DNA from: an uncultured bacterium
Lineage (GTDB): Bacteria; Fidelibacterota; Marinisomatia; Marinisomatales; UBA1611
Assembly (NCBI GenBank): GCA_943788175.1
Contig: CALSPG010000005.1
Span: 384,001-448,000, forward strand
Length of the DNA stretch: 64,000 nucleotides
Reading direction: 5' to 3'
The notes beneath the pieces were generated by a model. It saw only the letters and a list, made by a program, of their open reading frames with translations. It was not told where the DNA came from and searched no databases. Shown in pieces: positions 56,736-64,000 of the stretch; positions within the stretch are counted from its first letter, which is position 1, and each line of letters starts with the position of its first letter. Position numbers and translations under genes: made by a program.

Positions 56736-59700
56736 TGTAGACACCTGTATTGTCTAAAATATCACAATTGTGACCCTGGTGATACATTTTTGAATTTATA
56801 CTTTTACTGGTATTGGTACCAGTACCGCCTTTAATCGATAATACTTTTTGGATGATATCTTTTCTTAATTGTTCGTCTCTATCTTCAAGTATTTTATTTT
56901 CAGTTTTAGAATAGTACCTAATTCCATCAATCCAAGTTTCTTCAACTTTACTATAAACTGATAAAGGTTCACCATCCCATATTACAAAATCAGCATCTTT
57001 TTTTGGCTCTAAAGACCCAACAAATTTATCTATTTTTAATTGTTTTGCAGGATTAATAGTTACCAGTTTTAGCGCCTCATTTGGATCAAGATTCCCATAT
57101 TGAATCGCTTTTGCTGCTTCGGTATTTAATCGCCTTGCAAGCTCACTATCATCTGAATTAAAAGATACTATAACATTGCTTTTTGCCATCATACTTCCAT
57201 TGTAAGGAATTGCGTCAATAACTTCATATTTATATTGCCACCAATCTGAAAAAGTAGATGCTCCTGCTCCATGCTCTGCAATTCTATCTGCAACTTTATA
57301 GCCTTCAAGAACATGTTGAAACGTCGCAATTTTAAATCCAAAATCTTCTGCAACTCTAGTTAGCATTAATATCTCATCTTGCCTGTATGAGTGACAATGG
57401 ACCAATCTTTTTCCTTCAAGGATTTCTAAGAGCGCATCAAGTTCAAGGTCTTTTCTAGGCGGAACTTTTGTCCGTTGATATTTTGAATTTCGATAATAGT
57501 TGTCGTTCTCGTGCTTGTAATCAAGAGCGGCTCTAAAAGCATCTCGAATAACTTGCTCAACGCCCATTCTAGTTTGTGGATATCTATTTGTGCCACTCCA
57601 ATTAGATTGTTTTACGTTTTCACCTAACGCAAACTTTATTCCCTCTGGTGCACCTTTGAATAATAAACTGTTAGCATCAGCTCCCCACCGCAGTTTAATT
57701 ACAGCATTTTGCCCACCAATAGGGTTTGCCGATCCATGCAATACATTAGCTGTGGTTAGTCCACCACCAAGTTGTCTATAAATATTTATGTCTGTTGGGT
57801 CTAGCACATCTTTCATTCTAACCTCAGAGGTTATATACTGAGTACCTTCATTAATACTACTAGCTGCCGAATGACTATGACAATCAATAAGTCCTGGGGT
57901 TACATGTTTACCTGCTCCTTCGATAACAATGGCACTACCCTGGGGGACTGTAATATCTGGTGCAACTTGCTCTATTTTTCCGCCAACAAACAATATATCC
58001 CATTCAGCTAGAGTCCCTTTTGGTCCACATGTCCATAATGTTGCATCATTAATTAATATGGCATTCGGTTGAGGATAATCCTTAAATAGACCATATGCCC
58101 CATCAGGCGAGAAGACGGATAATGAACTAGGCGACTCGGGCTCAAGCTCTTTACCAACAGTACTAATTTTAATATCTGCCTGGAAAGGTAGAGACTCATT
58201 ACCCAGGTTTTTTGTTGTTCCAATTATTTGAGATTTTGTTAATTCGCCGTTGAATGTTATTGAACCCTTTTGTCCGATATTTTGGCCATCGATTGTAAAT
58301 GAAATAGATGATTCGAAAATATCGATATTGTATAATTCAACTGTTTTTCCTTGAAATAATATTGATCCTTTATAAACGATATTTCGAGGGTCATTTGTTC
58401 TGTTTTTTAGAATGTCTTCAATTTTTAATTCATAGGCGGAACCATTATACTTTAAAGACCAATTACCTAAAAACGAAGGTGTTTTTTTTGAGGCGATATA
58501 TATTTCTTCTCCTTCAATCCACAGGCTGACAACTTTTGAAGTTGGCTTAAAGTAGTCACCGTCAACAATCACAAGATTTGCATCATATCCTTTGGCAACT
58601 CTACCCATAGATTTTTCCAATCCTAAGGCTTCAGCTGGTTGCGTTGTTAGTGCTGCAAGTACAATATCTTTGCTAAGGCCTCGAGCAATAATTTTTTCGA
58701 GGTTTTTACGGAATTCAGATTTTTTTGATAAACGATGACTTGTAATGGAAAAATCATGGCCAGCCCTATTAAGATAAGATAGATTGTCCGGAGCCACATC
58801 CCAATGTTTGAGTTCTGCAGTTGAATATTGAAGGTCGCTCATATATTTGGTTACACTGGGCTTTGAAGGGAAATCAATAGGCATAATGAAAAAAGGTTTA
58901 AGTTGATTAAACTGGTTCAGTTCTCTATACTCATAACCACTACCAAGAATCCAAGGATTAAGTTTAAACTCTTTTGATATGTTCATTAATCTTGAAGCGG
59001 AATTATCATCTGACGATATAAATGCAAATGGTTTTTCAAGAGCTCTAGTAAGGCCTAAACTTTCTAGAGAAAAATTTGAAGCTAAGGGTCTATTTTCTGC
59101 GGGGTATGACTGAACAATTTCTTGCGATTTTAAATACCACTCTGAATCATAAAAAGTCTGTCTTATGTGAGCAATCACCCCGAGAAGAGACCTGGGGTAA
59201 GTTCTTTTGCCCTTAGGCTGATACTTAAAATCAATAACTTGAGCAACTGAAGAGTTTATCGTTTTAGGGCTTTTAGATAAGTTCACAATACCTGTTTGCC
59301 CTCTAAATATTCCTTGTTTTGGTGCTAAGTGAGCTGTCGTAAAGCCCAAGGATCTTAATTCTTTAATATGTTTCTCTTTAATATCAAAATTATCAACAGA
59401 TCTGTATTCAGGCCTAACTTTAGAATCCCAATGCCTTCTTTCATTTTTTGATTTTGAATTGTAGGATTCAGTTTCGAGCCATGTTTCAATAAAACCAGCA
59501 TAAACATGCGCGCCTTGGAGATTGATTTCATAAGCATCTTTAGGCGATTTAATGTATCTACCAACAGCTTCAATCTTGCCATTTCGTATTACAATAGAGC
59601 CATCTTTAATGAAATCACCAGGCGACGTATGAATCATTGCATTTGTTAGTGTCCATACCTTAGGCCTGTTTTTATGTAAATCTTTGGTTGGCTCTGTTTG

Positions 59701-59748
59701 CGCAAAGAGGAATAGCGGTAAAAGTATTATGACTGTATTTCTCAACAT
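56728..59748 (-). CDS. Secreted tandem amidohydrolase-family protein
   Basis: Two amidohydrolase modules; second has PGLIDCHSH, GSANPIGGQ, KFALGEN, HCHSYRQDE, FNSDD. Confidence 0.88.
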   Translation of the reverse strand: MLRNTVIILLPLFLFAQTEPTKDLHKNRPKVWTLTNAMIHTSPGDFIKDGSIVIRNGKIEAVGRYIKSPKDAYEINLQGAHVYAGFIETWLETESYNSKSKNERRHWDSKVRPEYRSVDNFDIKEKHIKELRSLGFTTAHLAPKQGIFRGQTGIVNLSKSPKTINSSVAQVIDFKYQPKGKRTYPRSLLGVIAHIRQTFYDSEWYLKSQEIVQSYPAENRPLASNFSLESLGLTRALEKPFAFISSDDNSASRLMNISKEFKLNPWILGSGYEYRELNQFNQLKPFFIMPIDFPSKPSVTKYMSDLQYSTAELKHWDVAPDNLSYLNRAGHDFSITSHRLSKKSEFRKNLEKIIARGLSKDIVLAALTTQPAEALGLEKSMGRVAKGYDANLVIVDGDYFKPTSKVVSLWIEGEEIYIASKKTPSFLGNWSLKYNGSAYELKIEDILKNRTNDPRNIVYKGSILFQGKTVELYNIDIFESSISFTIDGQNIGQKGSITFNGELTKSQIIGTTKNLGNESLPFQADIKISTVGKELEPESPSSLSVFSPDGAYGLFKDYPQPNAILINDATLWTCGPKGTLAEWDILFVGGKIEQVAPDITVPQGSAIVIEGAGKHVTPGLIDCHSHSAASSINEGTQYITSEVRMKDVLDPTDINIYRQLGGGLTTANVLHGSANPIGGQNAVIKLRWGADANSLLFKGAPEGIKFALGENVKQSNWSGTNRYPQTRMGVEQVIRDAFRAALDYKHENDNYYRNSKYQRTKVPPRKDLELDALLEILEGKRLVHCHSYRQDEILMLTRVAEDFGFKIATFQHVLEGYKVADRIAEHGAGASTFSDWWQYKYEVIDAIPYNGSMMAKSNVIVSFNSDDSELARRLNTEAAKAIQYGNLDPNEALKLVTINPAKQLKIDKFVGSLEPKKDADFVIWDGEPLSVYSKVEETWIDGIRYYSKTENKILEDRDEQLRKDIIQKVLSIKGGTGTNTSKSINSKMYHQGHNCDILDNTGVYNE

Positions 59749-59749
59749 A

Positions 59750-60562
59750 TTAAAAGTTTGGTCCTGTTAATTTATAGGCTTCAATATATTTGGTGATGTA
59801 ATCGTATGAATCATCAATATCATCTGATATGTGAAACAAATCTAAATCAGATTCTGAAATAGTTCCGCAATCAACAAGATAATCCCAGTTTACTACATTA
59901 TTCCAAAAATCTGAGCCGTAAAGGACTATTGGTAGCTTCTTTTTGATCTTTTCTGTTTGAATTAATGTTAGGAGCTCCATCACTTCATCCAAAGTCCCAA
60001 ACCCGCCTGGCCAGACAACAAGTGCCTTTGCTAAATAAATAAACCAAAACTTTCTCATAAAAAAGTAATGAAATTTTAAATCTAGACCATTTGAAATATA
60101 TTGGTTACTTGTAGCTTCAAAAGGTAGTGAAATTGTCAAACCTACAGAAATACCGTTTGCTTCTTTAGCGCCTTTATTGGCTGCTTCCATAATCCCACCT
60201 CCACCACCAGAGGTGATAATATATCTAGATTTTTTGTTATCAAGGTTTTTGCTCCAAAGAGTGAGTTTTTTTGACAACTGTCGAGCTTCTTCATAAAACC
60301 TGCTCATTTCAACATCTTTTTGTGCTCTTTTCTTTTCTTGATCAGATGCAGAACCACTTAATTTTGACAAAATTTTGGTTGATTCAGACTCTGATTTAAT
60401 TCTTGCTGACCCAAAAAATACGATAGTATCGTGAATTTTATTTTCGGTGATTTTCTTTAATGGCCCATAATATTCTGAAAGTATCCTCATTGAACGTCCT
60501 TGTGGGCTTCCAAGGAAATCGTCATTATAATAAAATCTGTTTTTTCTTTTGTCTTTTGACAT
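59750..60562 (-). CDS. LOG family (TIGR00730) nucleotide phosphoribohydrolase
   Basis: FFGSAR, GGGGGIMEAANKGA, FFMRKFWF, PGGFGTLDE. Confidence 0.92.
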   Translation of the reverse strand: MSKDKRKNRFYYNDDFLGSPQGRSMRILSEYYGPLKKITENKIHDTIVFFGSARIKSESESTKILSKLSGSASDQEKKRAQKDVEMSRFYEEARQLSKKLTLWSKNLDNKKSRYIITSGGGGGIMEAANKGAKEANGISVGLTISLPFEATSNQYISNGLDLKFHYFFMRKFWFIYLAKALVVWPGGFGTLDEVMELLTLIQTEKIKKKLPIVLYGSDFWNNVVNWDYLVDCGTISESDLDLFHISDDIDDSYDYITKYIEAYKLTGPNF

Positions 60563-60650
60563 TCTTATAACCTTTTATGAAATTGACTTGAATTTAAAAC
60601 AAAATTTTAAAATTAGTTCACTTGTATGATGGAATTCAGGCATCTTATTT

Positions 60651-61004
60651 TTGGAGGTGTTATATAAACTCTTAGCTATCATATTTATTTTTCTTTCGTG
60701 TGCTTCAGAAATTGTGGTCCCCAAAATATTATCCCTTCCTCCTACCAAAAAAAGCAGTCCTGATTTAGTAGAAAAAACAATATTTAGCATGGGTTTGATG
60801 ACAGAATATGAAATTTGGGAGTTTTTAAGAGGGAGCCCAAATGAGACATTAGTTTTGGATAATATTGGGTTGCCAGACTCTGTTTGGCGCAGTGAGAATG
60901 ATTCTACCAAATTCTTATATTATTTTGTTGATAAAATTCAAGATTATAACATTATTGAAATTAATTCTTTTAGTAATAAAGTTACCGGCTTTGAATGGGA
61001 TTAA
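60651..61004 (+). CDS. Small lipoprotein (SmpA/BamE-like fold possible)
   Basis: Lipobox FLSC; VLDNIGLPD. Confidence 0.65.
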   Translation: MEVLYKLLAIIFIFLSCASEIVVPKILSLPPTKKSSPDLVEKTIFSMGLMTEYEIWEFLRGSPNETLVLDNIGLPDSVWRSENDSTKFLYYFVDKIQDYNIIEINSFSNKVTGFEWD

Positions 61005-62187
61005 AGTAAAACTCTTTTTAAGTTTAGCTCTAAGCTTATTTTTCACCGTCACCAGTTGTGAACGATCTATTCATGATATCCATATGGAGTCATTCGTTGC
61101 CGATACGCATAATGATATTATTCTTAGAGCGATGGAAGGAGAAGATATCTTGTCTTTTCATCAAGAAACGCAATCTGACTTAGAAAAGTTCAAACTAGGT
61201 GGTGTAGATCTACAAGTCTTCTCAATATGGGTTAGTCCAAGCAACGTAAACAATGATGAAGAGTATTTTCAAAAAGCAAATAGTATGATCAGTAAGCTTA
61301 ATTTTTTGATTTCTAGAGTTCCTGACGATTGGGGCCTTGTAAAATCTTTTCAAGATATTTCATATAACAATAGAAAAAATAAAATGTCTTGTGTTATTGG
61401 TGTTGAGGGGGGTCACATAATTGGTAATAAAATTGAACGTATTGATCAGCTTCATAATCGAGGAATGAAGTATTTAGGACTTACTTGGAATAACTCTAAC
61501 AATATTGCTAGTTCCGCAAAAGATGAAGTATTAAATATAAATTCATTATCTGTAATTGGACTTTCTAATTTTGGGAAAAAAGTAGTTCGAAGGTGTAATG
61601 ATCTTGGAGTAATCATAGATGTCTCCCATTTAGGAGAGCAAGCCTTTTGGGATGTTATCGAACAATCGAAATCGCCGATAATAGCATCACACTCTTCGGT
61701 TTTTTCTTTATGCCCACATTATAGAAATTTAAAAGACGACCAAATCAAAGCAATCGCAAAAAAGGGAGGCGCTGTTTTTATTAATTTTTACCCTGGATAT
61801 ATTGATAGTACTTTTTCTAAAAAAGCTGATCTCGTTGATAGTAAATATGATATAGAATTAGAAATACTAGCTGAAAAGTATGACACATTATCAAATCAAT
61901 ATTGGTTTGAGAAGATGAAACTGCTGAAGCATGAGAAAGCTAAATTTGCGCCAAATATAAATGATGTAATTAAACATATATCATACGTCGTAGATTTAGT
62001 TGGCGTTGATTTTGTTGGAATTGGTTCTGATTATGACGGAGTCGAAATAATGCCTACAGGATTAGAAAACGTAGCAAAGTTACCTTTTTTGACAAAAAAG
62101 CTTATCGAAAATGGATATACAATAAGAGATGTTAGAAAAATTTTAGGTGGTAACTTTAAGCGAATTTTTAAGGAGGTTTGCAAATAA
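60991..62187 (+). CDS. Membrane dipeptidase (peptidase M19), lipoprotein
   Basis: DTHND, GVEGG, IDVSH, IASHS, GIGSDYDG, KILGGN; probable TTG start with lipobox VTSC. Confidence 0.9.
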   Translation: MNGIKVKLFLSLALSLFFTVTSCERSIHDIHMESFVADTHNDIILRAMEGEDILSFHQETQSDLEKFKLGGVDLQVFSIWVSPSNVNNDEEYFQKANSMISKLNFLISRVPDDWGLVKSFQDISYNNRKNKMSCVIGVEGGHIIGNKIERIDQLHNRGMKYLGLTWNNSNNIASSAKDEVLNINSLSVIGLSNFGKKVVRRCNDLGVIIDVSHLGEQAFWDVIEQSKSPIIASHSSVFSLCPHYRNLKDDQIKAIAKKGGAVFINFYPGYIDSTFSKKADLVDSKYDIELEILAEKYDTLSNQYWFEKMKLLKHEKAKFAPNINDVIKHISYVVDLVGVDFVGIGSDYDGVEIMPTGLENVAKLPFLTKKLIENGYTIRDVRKILGGNFKRIFKEVCK

Positions 62188-62191
62188 AATC

Positions 62192-62596
62192 ATGAGTACA
62201 TCAAAAATAGTTTACAGAAACAATTTAAGAACTGAGTCAGAGCACATTGCTTCAGGCGAAAAAATTATAACGGATGCGCCGGTTGACAATAACGGAAAAG
62301 GGGAAGCCTTCTCACCAACTGATTTGGTAGCAACAGCACTTGGCTCCTGCATGATCACTATTATAGCAATTGCAGCCGAAAAGAATGGGTTAGATATATC
62401 TGGGACTAGTGCTTCAGTTAAAAAAGTTATGAGCGCCAACCCCAGGATGATTAGCGATGTCATTATTGAAATTAAAATGAATAAACGTATTAGTGAAAAA
62501 GATCGGAAGCGACTAGAAAAAGCCGCGTTAGCATGTCCTGTCCATAAAAGTTTACATCCCGATATGAACAAAGAAATAAAATTTATTTATTTTTAG
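62192..62596 (+). CDS. OsmC family protein
   Basis: TDAPVDNNGKGEAFSPTDL..ALGSC, ACPVHKSL. Confidence 0.9.
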   Translation: MSTSKIVYRNNLRTESEHIASGEKIITDAPVDNNGKGEAFSPTDLVATALGSCMITIIAIAAEKNGLDISGTSASVKKVMSANPRMISDVIIEIKMNKRISEKDRKRLEKAALACPVHKSLHPDMNKEIKFIYF

Positions 62597-62650
62597 GTAT
62601 CTAGTTTTATATGATTTTTCAATGATTTTATTTAGATTATATTTCTAAAT

Positions 62651-63331
62651 ATGTATTCAGAATTCAAGCTTGCACCATCAATCTTATCTGCAGATTTTTC
62701 AAACTTGCAGGGAGCTTTACAAATTTGTGACGAAGGAGGGGCTGATTGGATTCATGTTGATGTAATGGATAATCAATTTGTTCCTAATCTAACTATTGGT
62801 CCTCCTGTAGTTAAGTCATTGCGAAAAAGTACTAAAAAATTTATTGATGTTCATATGATGGTCATCAACCCTGAAAATTTAGTAGAGCCATTCGCCAGAG
62901 CGGGTGCAGACAACATAACTTTTCACATCGAGGCATCCGATAATCCTGAAGAAGTTATTGATTTGATTCGTTCAACTGGGAAGATGGTTGGAATTTCGCT
63001 GAAACCATCAACGCCATTTATTGAAATTATGCCATATTTAGATAAAATTGATTTAGTCCTTGTCATGAGCGTTGAACCGGGATTTGGTGGCCAAGGTTAT
63101 ATTAAAGATTCAACAAAGCGAATTGCTGAAATAAAAAAATATCTAAAAGATAATTGTTTAGAAAGAGTCCAAATCCAAGTTGATGGCGGAATCAAACTCC
63201 ACAATGCTAAGGAGGTCATTTTGGCCGGCGGAGATATTTTAGTAGCCGGTTCTGAAGTCTTTGGCTCAAAAAACCCACAGAAAGTCATTAAAGATTTTTA
63301 TGCAAATGCTAAATCAATCAAGTTCTCTTAA
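62651..63331 (+). CDS. rpe: Ribulose-phosphate 3-epimerase
   Basis: APSILSADF, HVDVMD, DVHMM, MSVEPGFGGQ, VDGG. Confidence 0.97.
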   Translation: MYSEFKLAPSILSADFSNLQGALQICDEGGADWIHVDVMDNQFVPNLTIGPPVVKSLRKSTKKFIDVHMMVINPENLVEPFARAGADNITFHIEASDNPEEVIDLIRSTGKMVGISLKPSTPFIEIMPYLDKIDLVLVMSVEPGFGGQGYIKDSTKRIAEIKKYLKDNCLERVQIQVDGGIKLHNAKEVILAGGDILVAGSEVFGSKNPQKVIKDFYANAKSIKFS

Positions 63332-63350
63332 AAAATATTAAAAACAAGAT

Positions 63351-63922
63351 ATGAACACTGTAATAATGTTTATAGTTGTTTTGATTGTCATAGGGCTTAT
63401 TTCTTGGCTATTTACTGTATATAATGGTTTAGTTCAGGTTAAAGAAAATATAAAAAAATCATGGGCTAATATTGATGTGCTTTTGATGCAGCGCTCTGAT
63501 GAAATTCCCTAAACTGGTCAAGGTTTTAAAATCTTTCGTAAAGCATGAAAAGGACTATGTTGGATAATATTTTGGAATCAAGGAATCATCTTTTTTAGGC
63601 GCGAGCAGTATCGACGAAAAAGCTGATGCAGACAATCAAATATCAGAGGCTTTAAAATCTGTTTTTGCTCTTATCTGAAGCTTATCCTGAACTTAGCTTT
63701 AATGAAAATTTTCTTAAGCTTCAAGGAAGAATAAGTGGCTTAGAAAATCAAATTTCAGATAGACGGGAATTGTACAATGACAGTGTTAATAATTATAACA
63801 TCCGTATTCAGTCTATTCCAGATACTTTTGTAGCAAAAGCATTGAATCTAGCACAAGAAGAAATGTTCGAAGTAGATAAAAGTAAGATAAAAGATCACGG
63901 TGTAAATCTAGACAATATTTAA
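63351..63922 (+). CDS. lemA: LemA family protein (multiple apparent indels)
   Basis: TM helix then YNGLV..WANIDVLLMQRSDEIP; other frames give KHEK, EAYPELS..NFLKLQ..ENQISDRRELYND.V.YN. Confidence 0.85.
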
Positions 63923-64000
63923 TAATAATAGTTTAATCAAATAAATTTTAAAAAAATTATAGGTAAAAATTCATGCATACTTACAAAAACTTAGATTCTT

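Noticed and set aside
60583-60613. TTGACT...TAAAAT promoter
   Set aside because: 19-nt spacer in very AT-rich DNA; too weak to call
1438-63288. Numerous short nested or antisense ORFs in the ORF track
   Set aside because: They lie within well-supported genes and show no recognisable motifs
63973-64000. Start of the gene after lemA
   Set aside because: Only nine codons are visible; cannot be assigned

Overview
AT-rich bacterial window with no mobile elements or CRISPR array that I can detect. Four secreted proteins end in a (Y/F)PNPFNx...GxY...K C-terminal sorting/FlgD-Ig-like domain, which points to the FCB superphylum, most plausibly Marinimicrobia (inference). (1) 1-3.0 kb: two sorting-domain proteins around tRNA-Leu(TAG). 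(2) 3.1-21.3 kb: a respiratory super-locus with heme O/A synthases, two SCO proteins, a split b6-type Rieske/cytochrome b complex with an octaheme cytochrome c, an A-family cytochrome c oxidase, and several uncharacterised accessory proteins (SRPBCC protein with a novel repeat, HEAT protein, cupredoxin-like protein, ferredoxin, micro-membrane proteins). (3) 21.4-37 kb: a 1522-aa acyl-CoA ligase/kinase-like/GNAT fusion, an HD-GYP protein, transporters, PPi-PFK and thiamine salvage. (4) 37-54 kb: a sulfation and export cluster with a PAPS synthase, a PAPS-dependent sulfotransferase, a FabH-like enzyme, a START protein, a beta-barrel, two MMPL + LolA-like modules and two secreted aryl-sulfate sulfotransferases. 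This is my best candidate for an undescribed system (a trans-envelope sulfate shuttle or sulfolipid pathway). (5) 54-64 kb: housekeeping genes. Several genes carry single-base indels that look like sequencing errors. All calls come from motif reading without database searches.
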